From the NCBI GenBank assembly GCA_973895155.1, contig OZ316891.1, positions 29,866,331 to 29,930,330 of the forward strand: a DNA stretch of 64,000 nt, written 5' to 3'. The position numbers and the translations under genes were made by a program. Every line of letters begins with the position of its first letter. The first letter of the stretch is position 1. The notes under the pieces were generated by a model, which was given only the letters and a program-made list of their open reading frames with translations, did no database searches and was not told where the DNA came from. This stretch comes from Marsupella aquatica (Eukaryota; Plantae; Marchantiophyta). Of the stretch, positions 53,291 to 64,000 are shown piece after piece.

Positions 53291-55335
53291 CTTTACGAGT
53301 ACCATTCCGAAAGTGGAGGACTCGTACTCAATAAAATGAGTATTTAGTACTGTTCATGGCTTATGAATTGGGTTTGCTTTGATGATGCATCCACTCATTC
53401 TAAAGGTGGACGGTCTTCAAGTTTTATATTATTTGATCAGCTTCGAAGATCTTATTGTCTTCCTTGGATCATGCCGCCACTTAGTGGCGTTCAACTTATG
53501 GTGTTTCACAAATCCTTAGTTCTTCGATCATTTCTAGGGAATATAAGTTGTATTTTACTGTCAGCTTGTTCAATCTTGGGCTCCGAGCTGAAAAGGAATA
53601 ATCGATGCATAATTGCCGAGCCATCTGGAAACGGAAGTAATTCACATTTGAACTCACTGCTATGCCACAAACAATATTAAAAGACATTCCTGCCACGAAT
53701 CCATGCAGCTGAAGAGGGTTCAAACAAGTCCAATACCCAAGGGATTAGGGGCTTCTTCTATTCCACTTTTGGATTTACTTTCCACACCTTGCCCTATATT
53801 GCCATCAATTCCAGTCTAAGTTTTCACCCGTTGTCATGAGTTCTTACATACGATTGCCACCTTACATCCACCTGTCCGTTTTCCTGCCACAAGTTCCAAG
53901 TAGTCTAGTAAGGGTGTCATTTCCACTACAGAAGGTGATCCAAGACATATCAAGTACCACCGAGAAGCATCACACGCTGCTATTTGGATCGACGTAGCTG
54001 GTGGTGCTTGAAGTGCATGCACTTTTCCACAAACATTGTGTTCTGATCCCACCAGAGGAACCTCAGGCTATACATCTTGGACTCAGATTTTCATGTCTAG
54101 ACGATGCATCTGTTATTCACTAGATGGCGAGGCCCGCTAGTAGATTCTTTGTGATATAGTTGAACTGATGGAAAGGAGAAATTTCCTTCGCCTCCAATGT
54201 TCGATATCACTTGACCAAAATATACACAATACTATGTTGCCACGACTCAAATACCAAGATTGCCTTCTAGAGTGTGCAACACTGGCTTAGCTTTCAACCC
54301 TTCGATACCCTGTGAAAGGTGTTCAGAACAAAGAAAGCCCAATACTGGTGGGCTTCATCTCCCACATGGACAACAAAACTGTTCCAACCACGGAAGCCTT
54401 CACCTGCCGGGTCGTTAAGGGAGGCCACTCAAGCTCCATTTTCTGAGGGTAACAACCGCAAATGGACGTTTAAACCGCTACATATATATGTGACAATACA
54501 CAATTAGATTGGATATGGAGCCTTGTATCGACCAGGCAGATACTAGACGTCAAATCAGGTGCACTGAAACTTATAAACCTATGCAGGACGTAGGGCTAAG
54601 GCTGAAACGAGTTGGTCATTTTGTTAAGTCATTGGTATCGTACTCCACGCCCTATGAGTGATTTCTGAAGCTGACCTGATTTGGTGCGCCTAAAACTGCT
54701 CTTTCGCCACCAAAGCGATGGGCCTGTGTCAGCATTCATATAGCAGCTTGGTCTCAAGCTGATGTGATGAGATTTTAAAAAAATTCTCTGCAAAGTCCCA
54801 GCCGTGAGTTCCTTAGTTGCGCTCGCTGCAGAAGACTCCCAAATGTGAAACCAAAGCTGCTCGGAATACGGCCATAAAGTTTGTTCTTCAGGGAGGCATG
54901 CTGCACAGCATCTGGAAGGACACAAGTGACTGGAGCATCAAACTTGCTGTCTGGAAAGTTTCCACAAAATGCCATCATGAAACTTGACAATTCTCTGCAC
55001 TGCTATAAATAATCCTCACCGACTGCTTGAGCCTAGCTCATTCAACACGCCATTCAATTACTGAACTAGCAAGGCACTCATGCTGTAGTTGTCCTGCTAA
55101 GAAGACATTTTCTCAGGCCAGCTCATCCACACCATCTAAAGAAGTTAAAATCTATTCATCCATCCACCAGTAACGATCAATCTAGTGATCAGTCATAAAA
55201 CTTCAATTGACTTGGAATCCACCATCAAGAGAGGGTTTAGTTTCTACCAGGATGAACACAAGTTCGTGTCGGCGTTCATGTAGTACGGGATGTTGGCCGT
55301 GTAAAATAAACCCACTGAGCGTACAGGGAATTCGT

Positions 55336-58300
55336 CTAATCCATTGTTGCTCGACCTTTCCCTTTTGGCATTTTCTTGTCACCAGTGTCATCGACATCTG
55401 ATTTTTTGTAATAATGGGGTGCAATCTCAACTAACCACTCTGGCTTGATCTCGATCACCTGACGCATGTACTCTTTGGTGGTGAAGACAAGCTCATGGTA
55501 TAGAACCCATCGAGGAAGAACCTGTACGAGTCCAGAATTGGGATGTATCGAGACTGACTGTGGATTCTTGATCGTTCGATACGATCCGTTCTTTTGAAGT
55601 TTTGCCGTGTGGTAAAAGAAACCCGAGGTGATGGCTTTCTTGATAGCTTCATAATCTTCAGAATTGCTGAGAGGCTCTATTTCGACCCTTTCCAGCAAAC
55701 CCGCGAGTTGATCTCGGATATCTCGTGCTCGCTTCATGCTTCTCACTTGAATGTAATTCTCATAGCACCACTGAGTTGAGTAATCTGTTTCCTTCCAAGA
55801 ATCATACACCTTCAGAAGCGCGATGTGATCACCAACATTACCAGCATGAAAGTTCATTCTTGCATTATCAGCATGCACCTGCTTATCCTTTGGACGGTAG
55901 AATATAGAATTGCCAGAAGATATCATGGCACAAATCGTGATAATCTCATCTGCGCATTTGTATTTGTCGGACGCCACGATCATTTTTGATAGCATTGGAT
56001 CCAACGGAAACTCTGCCATTCTTCGACCCATCTTGGTGAGCTCTCCACGGTCATTCAGGGCCTCCAATGCATATAACTGTTCGAGAGCTCGTAACAAGGT
56101 CTCTGCTGGTGGGGCGTCCATGAAATCGAAGTTCATCAAGTCATTGATTCCGAGACTTTTCAACATAAGCACAACATTTCCCAAGTTTGTACGCTGAATC
56201 TCTGGAACAGTATTGTCATCCATTTCCGTTTCATAAGCGTGAGCAGTAAACAGCCTGAAGCATTTCCCTGGTGATGTCCTGCCGGCCCTTCCCGTTCGTT
56301 GCTTCGCTGCTGCCTTAGAAACGGGTGTAATCGACAATGACTCCATGCCAGTGCGGGCATTATAGCTCTTCTGTTTGACGAAGCCAGGGTCGATTACATA
56401 CTTGATGCCATCAATGGTTAACGAAGTCTCCGCAATATTGGTAGCTAACACAACCTTACGTGCTCCTTCTGGAGTTTCCTCAAATATCTTCGTCTGCATG
56501 TCCGAAGGAAGATTGGCATAGATGGGACAGATAATCATTTCTCCAATCCTGGTCCCTAAACCCCTTGTTCTGTGTTTCAATATCTCCTCAGCGGCTTCGA
56601 TCTCCTGCTGACCGGGGAGAAATACCAAAATGTCACCTTGGGGCTGAGTGACATGTATCTGCAAGACGGACACCACTGCGGCTTCTAGAAAATCGGCTTC
56701 TGGAGATTTAGTATACAAGATGTCAACGGGATACCTACGGCCTGGGATTCTGAAGATAGGAGCCCCATCGAAGTAGTTGGAAAACTTTTCCGCATCCAGT
56801 GTTGCACTTGATATCAACAGCTTGAGATCGGGACGGAAGCGCGCAATGTCTTTCACCAGACCGAACAGAACATCGGTCGAAACAGTCCGCTCGTGTGCTT
56901 CATCCACAATCATGACACTGTAGCTGGCAAGATCAGGTTCACCCAAAAACTCGCGCAGAAGCATTCCGTCGGTCATGTATTTTAGTATGGTTTTCTCGGA
57001 CGTGCAATCCTCAAACCGAATTGAGTATCCCACTTCGTGGCCTAGCTTGACACCCATCTCTTCAGCTACACGAGCAGCGACACTCATTGCAGCGACTCGT
57101 CGAGGTTGGGTGCATCCAAGTTTCCCCTTCTTTGTGTAGCCCGCTTCATGGAGATATTGTGGAATTTGGGTTGTCTTTCCAGATCCAGTCTCTCCCTCAA
57201 TTACCAGGATTTGATACTGCTCCACAGCCTTCAGAAGCTCTTCCTTGTAGGGATAAATGGGCAGTAACTTCCTGTCCTCCTGCAGTTTCTCAAACGCTGA
57301 CCGCGCAGCTGATATTTTCACTTGCTTTTCGTCCATTTCCTCTTCTTCTTTTACTCCATTCAGGACATCATGCTGTACAAATTGGATTAGGTCCTCATCG
57401 AAGACAAGCTCATAGTCATCTTCAGGCTTCTTGTCCTTGGCTCCAAATTTCAAGGTCGCCTTCCCTATTTGATGTTTTTCCCAATTTTCCTGTTCAGCAA
57501 ATGGATTCATCTTTTCCTGTCCACCGGCATCTTTGTAGCGTTCTGAAGCAACTGCGAAACGCCTGTCTTGCTTCACTCGCCCAGCAGCAGCATCATCATC
57601 ATATGCCTCTGGGATGTGATATGCTTCAACTTCGTCAGCGTCTTTAGCCCGTTCCATAGCCAGTTCATACATCTTCTTCTTGTATTTTAGGTCCTCCTCT
57701 TCTCTGGCTGTCAGTTTCACATTTTCAAATAGGTATTCCTCATCAACTAGAGCATCCCCCAATTCCTGCAGCTTTTTCTGCTCACGCAATTTGAGGTAGG
57801 CTTGTCGAGCTTCCTCCCTCATGACGGGGACGAGGTCTTTCATATCTTCTGCTTCAGCTCGTCTCCTGGCCTCTTCCTCCTGTCTTTTACTCAGTTTCGG
57901 CTCCGTAAGTTTCTTTGTCGCAGCTTCATCCTTCGCTCGCAGCCGGGCCTCAAACTCTTCCTTCTCTCGCAAATCCTCTTCCCTTTCCCTCTCCCTCGCT
58001 ACCATCTCCTCGTCCTCCTCGTCCTGCTCCCAAGCTCTCCCGGTCCGACCCTTCTTCTCAGGCCTTCTTATGATCTCATCGTCATCATCATCATCATCGG
58101 CGCCATCCAGCTCTTCCACCTCTCTCCTTCTCCGAAGGTGCTTTGACTTCGAGGATCCCTTCTTCTTGGCGGAGACTTGAGCCAAAGTAGGAGCCATCTC
58201 CACATCTTCATCATCATCAGCATCAAGGAGCTTATACTGTTGCTGTCTGTTCAAATAAGCAGCTGCCTCTCTTTCAGCTTGCTGATAGGTATTCAACGTA

Positions 58301-58518
58301 TGCTGCTTTCGTGGTACACGGCTGTACAGCTCTTGTGCGAAGCTGTCCGTATCTCTGGAATCGGGGAGATAGCTGTGAAGCTCGGTGATGAGCTGCTTCG
58401 TTGACGATGCCTTCTTGGCCAGACCTAGCACGAAGGAAATGACTGGTGGCAGCGAGTAACCCAACAAGGCATGCAACTGGTCTGATACCCATGCTCTCAT
58501 CTCCTTATCCTCCGCCAT
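55336..58518 (-). CDS. DHX16: Pre-mRNA splicing factor DEAH-box RNA helicase (Prp2/DHX16/ESP3-like), 1060 aa, single exon
   Basis: N-terminal [14 protein letters not shown]-like region; [47 protein letters not shown], then HA2/OB-fold C-terminus. ATG taken at 58518 (MAEDKEM). Confidence 0.95.
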   Translation of the reverse strand: MAEDKEMRAWVSDQLHALLGYSLPPVISFVLGLAKKASSTKQLITELHSYLPDSRDTDSFAQELYSRVPRKQHTLNTYQQAEREAAAYLNRQQQYKLLDADDDEDVEMAPTLAQVSAKKKGSSKSKHLRRRREVEELDGADDDDDDDEIIRRPEKKGRTGRAWEQDEEDEEMVAREREREEDLREKEEFEARLRAKDEAATKKLTEPKLSKRQEEEARRRAEAEDMKDLVPVMREEARQAYLKLREQKKLQELGDALVDEEYLFENVKLTAREEEDLKYKKKMYELAMERAKDADEVEAYHIPEAYDDDAAAGRVKQDRRFAVASERYKDAGGQEKMNPFAEQENWEKHQIGKATLKFGAKDKKPEDDYELVFDEDLIQFVQHDVLNGVKEEEEMDEKQVKISAARSAFEKLQEDRKLLPIYPYKEELLKAVEQYQILVIEGETGSGKTTQIPQYLHEAGYTKKGKLGCTQPRRVAAMSVAARVAEEMGVKLGHEVGYSIRFEDCTSEKTILKYMTDGMLLREFLGEPDLASYSVMIVDEAHERTVSTDVLFGLVKDIARFRPDLKLLISSATLDAEKFSNYFDGAPIFRIPGRRYPVDILYTKSPEADFLEAAVVSVLQIHVTQPQGDILVFLPGQQEIEAAEEILKHRTRGLGTRIGEMIICPIYANLPSDMQTKIFEETPEGARKVVLATNIAETSLTIDGIKYVIDPGFVKQKSYNARTGMESLSITPVSKAAAKQRTGRAGRTSPGKCFRLFTAHAYETEMDDNTVPEIQRTNLGNVVLMLKSLGINDLMNFDFMDAPPAETLLRALEQLYALEALNDRGELTKMGRRMAEFPLDPMLSKMIVASDKYKCADEIITICAMISSGNSIFYRPKDKQVHADNARMNFHAGNVGDHIALLKVYDSWKETDYSTQWCYENYIQVRSMKRARDIRDQLAGLLERVEIEPLSNSEDYEAIKKAITSGFFYHTAKLQKNGSYRTIKNPQSVSIHPNSGLVQVLPRWVLYHELVFTTKEYMRQVIEIKPEWLVEIAPHYYKKSDVDDTGDKKMPKGKGRATMD

Positions 58519-61500
58519 CTCGCTCACTTGAGGAGTCAGCTGCTGCTGCGGATCAAAGCCAGGCCAGCCAGCCCGCACTGGCCACGGAAAACCCTTCACT
58601 TCCTCCCTGTGCGAAGAGAAGCGGATATTTTTTAGCCTCACTGCGATGGGTATATAAATTGCTTGGGTTCAATTCCTTCAGTAAAATTCAGCTTAAACTC
58701 TGATCCAACCCCATCCCATCCCCTCTATCCATAATTTTGCTCTATACCACTGAATTATATCCCTAACGCATGGGTCGATATTGAAATGAGCACTAAGCAT
58801 CAAGATGCAAATCCGAAACCCTAATACACACAAACAATTCCGGCAGGCCCTCGATTACTAAAATCCCGTTAGGTAACAAACCTTGTAGTGTTCCCTTTGG
58901 ATCCCAGCTCGAGCTGATGGCTCTAAAAAAGTCTCTAACCATGACACCAACAAATTATCTGCTGCCAACAGAATTGAGCTACTCGCAATGAAATACCCAC
59001 ATCGAGTGACCATTAAGAGGTTCGGCTGTTTCTGCTACTCAAAGGTTTAGACACACAATACTGACGAGTAAAAAAGAGACCCCTAGTAAGCTATTGAGTT
59101 CATCCTCTGCCTCACCTACATTCACAACATTCAAAATTTCCCCAAAATTTCCCCAAATTGAGGCAAGGGGTCCAAGGCCAACTACTAAAAACGAGTGTTG
59201 CCGCAATACGCTAGATCTAAAAATGCGTTCATTCATTCTACACCCGGAACACTGAGATTTCGGCACTATCTAGTTTTTTACTCACTGAGTTCAACAAGCT
59301 CAAGAGAACAAAAGAGATGTACCTGAGCAGTCAAGACGCAAGCTCATTCTCCTCGTCGTCTTCATCTTCATCTTCGTCCTCATCCACGACTTGCAGTTCT
59401 CCTCCATTCGAGCAAGGATCCCACAGATTCCTAAAATGGCACTGGCCAGTGGAAAATCAAGTGGAAAAACAAGACAAAGTCCACACTGAAGGCAAAATTG
59501 GGTCGAGTGGGAAATGAAAAGATTTGAAAAAGAAGCCAAATATGGCCGATGGCGTTAGCATTGAAACGCCCGAAAACGAGAACACGTCTAGACTCGAAAA
59601 AGATAACGTGTGATGAAAGAATGAACACACAACAGCAAAATTGGGAAGCATTACTCCGAATCCCGGAAGGATGCTTCGTTCCTTCGTCGCCTACCTTACT
59701 TCCTCTTCGTCGCCTGACGAGATTGTCAATCCTCTCTCAGACTCCGATGATCCTCGCTCCTTGTCTCCCTCACCCTTCCATTCACTGCTCATCAAACTGA
59801 AACCCAGTCAGGGATTTTGGAGTGCACAGAGCAGGCTGTCGCACTATTCCCGATCTCCATCTCCGGCGTGTCATTGAAAACAACAGTCTCGTCTGTAAAT
59901 CAATTCGATCAAACACTTCACGAAAGACTGGATGGCCCGAAACAAACCCCCGACGAGGTCTCTGCTTTTGGAAGGGACAAGCTCGGGCCCATCCCTGCCG
60001 TCCTACGAGGCTTCTTCTTTTCAAAGGACTTGCTCGGCACATCCCTGCCGTCCGACGAGGCCCCTTCGTTTGAAGGCAAGTGCTGGGGGCCCATCCCTCC
60101 CGCTCCTGGAAATGACCTTCCTTGAGCCCCATGCCCCTCCCCTACTTACTGTAGTTGTCACTCCATGTCTAGGTGCCACTAGTGTGTTGTCCCCGGCTGC
60201 CCTTCCTCAAGTTGTGCTAGTGCTCCAAGTAGTCTGAAGCTTGCCCGGAGTTACTTATAGGATAACGAGCCCTATGCCTGTGCCTTGCACGGCCCAAGAA
60301 GGCCAGTCCATAGGGAGTCGGGTTGGGGCATTTATGGGGTGCAAATTTTTTTCATCAATATCAGGGAAAACAGCCAATCAAATCCAATGGTTGTGGATCT
60401 TTCCCACCCAGGAGCTATTTTGTATTGGGATGAAGGAAGAAAAAAGACGGGATCCCTTATTATAGTTGTAAATAGATGGCTGTCTGGTTTGGGGTTACTA
60501 GCCTATAACCAGAAAGTGAGAAAAACCCTAACCCTTTTCTGAGTCTTGAAGTAGGGTTCAGGCTATAGTAGAACCCCTGCCCAGACCTCCATTATAGTCC
60601 AATTTTCTGTCTGGAAAAAGAAAAAAAGGGTTACTTTAGGGCAAAGATGATTGGACTAGCAGGTACCTCCAATAATAGTTACACACTGGTTAAGTGCAAT
60701 CCACACAGAAATTACATCCACAACTCCAAGTTGCAAGAGCTGGAAGTCAGTAACCATTGCAATGGGAGTAAGTGTGACCCTATGTGGCCTCACCCTCTAG
60801 AATACCTGGGGCTCCGTTTGTAACTCTGGGCACCCATTAGACTACTTAGACGTCTGCCATCTGCAGCATGACAGAGGGCAGACAGCCAGGGACAGAGCAG
60901 TAACTGTCTGGGGGGCTGTGGAGCGACCATACTGGAGTCGGGGGCAAGGGGGGGGGGGGGTGCGGGGTCCATGGATCCCATCAAGTCTTTCATTGGACTT
61001 TCCCTGCAAATGAAAAGCACAACATGAAGTCTTGGCCCGAGCCTGGCAATAAAATAGAGAACTGAGAGATGTCTGGGCAAAGCCTGGATGCACGATCACG
61101 AACCTGAACAACAACTTGTCTCGGCTCTGCTCCACCCTTTGCTGATCCCCCTAAGGATTTTGCCTCCACTCTTTGACAGCCCTGCACAGGTTACCAATGC
61201 AGGCCAGCAACTCCCCGAGACTGTAGCAACAAGTGTTTCCGTGCCGCCCAGTCGAAAGTGGAATTGCCGTTGGGCAAGTGGCTGTCCCTCGATCAATGTC
61301 TCTGTGGAAGCAAATGTTGAGACGTCGAGTGGTCGAGTGGTCGAGTGGTGGTAGACTCTCTGCATACACGAGTGGTCAGTGAACCGTCGCCTGGGCGTTT
61401 GAACTGTTCGTCACTGGAAATGCTAATGGAAATGGGAAATGGTCATTTCCCGCGGCCAAAAGTTAAGGTATGCGAAATAGGTATACCATATGAGCTACGG

Positions 61501-63363
61501 GAAAGTCGTTAACCAGAGGGTTAACGCCTGGAGTTAAGTAAAAAAAACCCAGGTTGCGACGCCCTAATTCATCATCTACCTACTCCATCCTCCCTCCCAA
61601 GAGGTATATTTTGTCACCCTACCCCTAATCTAAATCAGGAGTCCTGCAAGGTGGAAGGAGGAGATCTCCAACCAGCCGGGGATGAAGATCCATAGCCACA
61701 AACTAGAACCTAGCCACCCCAAAAACAACACTGGAGAGGTGCAGCAAACAAGATTCAATATGGACAAGCATAACACCCTGAGATAGCTCAGGTCAGATTG
61801 TTACCCATAACTGGTAGTGATCCACACTGACAGCAACCATCAGCAATATTTAGGGAGTGGTCTCAAAACATCTCATATTCTCCATATCCTCACATGATAG
61901 AGATGCTCTCATTGCATTTATGTGTTTTTTGCTTATAGGCACATATCATTCAATAAACAATTTCCTCATGGTTTTAGTACACTTTGGACCTCTTTTGTTT
62001 ATTCTTTTGTACTCTGTTTAGCCCTTTATGTAAAAGTTTGCCTTGGTTTTCTCAATAAAGTCAAGATGCATATTACAGCAAGTCAATGCAAGGGTGATGG
62101 AACCTCCGACAATTTAAACCAGGATTAGGCCTTGCCATGGAGGGGAGATGTGTGGACTGCTGGGATGTCAGCGACCTCAAGCTGCTTTTTGGGTGCATTT
62201 GTGAATGATATGGAAACCTAGCATATACCAGATAGTATACCAGTAGCAGCATCCATGGCAGGTGTTCACCATGGTAGCTGGATACGAGTATGGTACATGT
62301 AACCATAGTGAGCTTTATACCCCTCATCTGAAGTATGAGCTCGTTGGTCCATTTCTTTTGGTTCTGCCCATGATCTTACGAGAGAGACAGAGAGAGATTC
62401 CTTCAAGGAATTAGGGGTTATTCTACTAGTAGTTTGCGGAAAATATTTAAATCAAGTGTTGCCTGGTTCTACAAAGGGGTCTACTCACAAGGTGTTACTA
62501 CAACTATTTGCCAAGGAACACTAATAATAAGACATAAATCCACTAAACACTGGAAGTCTTGGTGACAACCACCCCTTTAATTGTGAATAAATAAAGTACT
62601 CTGTTCTGTGCCCCAGTTTTTGCCACTATTTTATCTCTTAAAGCACCTAGATTCAGAATTCGGATGTGGTAGATAATTTATGATTCAACTTTGATATCAG
62701 ACCCACAAATGTGAAGCCAGTAAAGCATGGTAATGATCCATGATTCAACTCGAATGCAAGGACAATTTTCAAGGCACAGAAACAGTGTCTGCCCAGGGAA
62801 GAAAAGAGGAAGTTAATTTAAAAAGAAGAGAGCTGTCACTGCTTGATTGTAGAAATACTGCTGATCCAATCAACATACACCGATTTTCTGATCCGCAAGA
62901 AAATCAAGAAATTCGCAGGAAATCCTTCCCTGCTTGTAGTACTTTCAACGTTAGAGGATATGTCCAAGCAGAGACTTAACTTATATATGCTAGCGCGACC
63001 TCCAAAGTCACCTCAATAGCGTGAGAAATACCTGCACTCAAAATCGATGCTGTCAAGAACGGTCCTCCTTGAAGGATATGGAAGAACGTGAATGATTTTT
63101 GGAAGCACCCCAATCTCACACTGATCAATGAAAGCACGGGTAGAACTAAGGCAAGGTCATTCTCGATATGATCGGACGAGTTTTGGAGACGACGAGAGCA
63201 CAGACAAGTATACCCCTCAAAGTCACACCGGCTGATAGCAGCACAAGTACAAAGATATTTCCATGTGGGGTAAGGTAGGCGATAACTCACAAATGGGGAA
63301 TGATGCACATACGATGCCCATCGTAGCTGTTATTGGGAAAATATTGGAGGACGAGGAGAGCGG

Positions 63364-64000
63364 TTATGACAGAAGAGACTCTATATACTGTGGCCGAGAC
63401 TCTATGTCCCGTGGCCCATATCGTTGATCGGAGCGTTGGAAACCTCCTAATGTATCTCTTTGAGATGATAGGATGCTCTGATGTTCCTCAGTTGGAGGAC
63501 TTCTGCGTCTATTGCGAGGATTTCTCGAAGAAGCTCCACTCATATTGGTCTTGGCTTTTGCCTCCGCAAGGATCTCGTAGAAGCGAGGCAGGGACAAATC
63601 TACCTTTTGTTTCCCCAGGTAAATTTCCTTTATGATGGACCACCCTTGCTGCCCTACCGCCACTGGGTTTACCAGTATGGGATCAGTCTTCTCATACTCA
63701 TTACTCAAAGTACTCTCTCCTACAGTAATCTTATACTCAATGTAGTGAAGGCCAAGCTTTCTTGCAGGGTCTCCATAATATGTCTTGGCTGCCCAGTCAG
63801 TACCTAAAGGAACGATTTGGATGAAGACCGTGCCTGGCCGCATGAATAGGAAGTGTGTCAATGCTGCTCCATGTACACCGATCAAGACATCACACCTGTC
63901 CAAAAGCCAAAAGATTTTCTTCATCTCAGTGGTGGGATCGGGCTGCAGAATTGTCACGGAGAAGCCCACCTTCACAGCCAAGTCAATAACCTGGTCCAAA
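63364..64000 (-). CDS. Glycosyltransferase family 61 (DUF563; xylan arabinosyl/xylosyltransferase-like), 3' part only
   Basis: DVLIGVHGAALTHFLFMRPGTVFIQIVPLG..YYGDPARKLGLHYIEYKI..ESTL..GW...YL is the GT61 C-terminal signature; the gene runs off the window. Confidence 0.9.
   Translation of the reverse strand, partial: LDQVIDLAVKVGFSVTILQPDPTTEMKKIFWLLDRCDVLIGVHGAALTHFLFMRPGTVFIQIVPLGTDWAAKTYYGDPARKLGLHYIEYKITVGESTLSNEYEKTDPILVNPVAVGQQGWSIIKEIYLGKQKVDLSLPRFYEILAEAKAKTNMSGASSRNPRNRRRSPPTEEHQSILSSQRDTLGGFQRSDQRYGPRDIESRPQYIESLLS

Noticed and set aside
57087-58404. Plus-strand ORFs of 75-186 aa
   Set aside because: They are antisense shadows of the DHX16 coding sequence.
59300-60240. Cluster of short overlapping GC-rich ORFs
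   Set aside because: No recognisable domain or consistent splice model; may be a TE remnant or promoter DNA.

Overview
Eukaryotic, land-plant genomic DNA with GT-AG introns, probably a non-seed plant such as a liverwort (inference). Host genes, all on the minus strand: multi-exon galacturonokinase (~13.2-17.4 kb), three-exon class II trehalose-6-phosphate synthase (24.8-28.5 kb), an intronless Prp2/DHX16-type DEAH helicase (55.3-58.5 kb) and the 3' end of a GT61 glycosyltransferase at the window end. Intergenic DNA holds a 5'-truncated LINE interrupted by a MITE with an 8-bp TSD, two tandem arrays (~100 bp x ~15 and 225 bp x 5) and many local duplications. The main find is an ~11.6-kb Mutator-like DNA transposon (987-12550) with imperfect GGGGGTAT...ATACCCCC ends and a 10-11 bp flanking direct repeat. 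It carries (i) an intact two-exon transposase (GCM/WRKY-like Zn finger, DDE, SWIM), (ii) a divergent four-exon ~1114-codon cargo gene joining a ParB/Srx-like domain (DGNHR) to a beta-class N4C/N6A DNA-methyltransferase-like domain, with two in-frame TAG stops in this copy, and (iii) about 22 copies of the palindrome AGCGC-N3-GCGCT confined to its introns, divergent promoter and subterminal regions. Together these suggest a transposon-encoded, sequence-targeted DNA-binding or epigenetic (possibly anti-silencing) system. Domain calls come from motifs recognised by eye, not from database searches.
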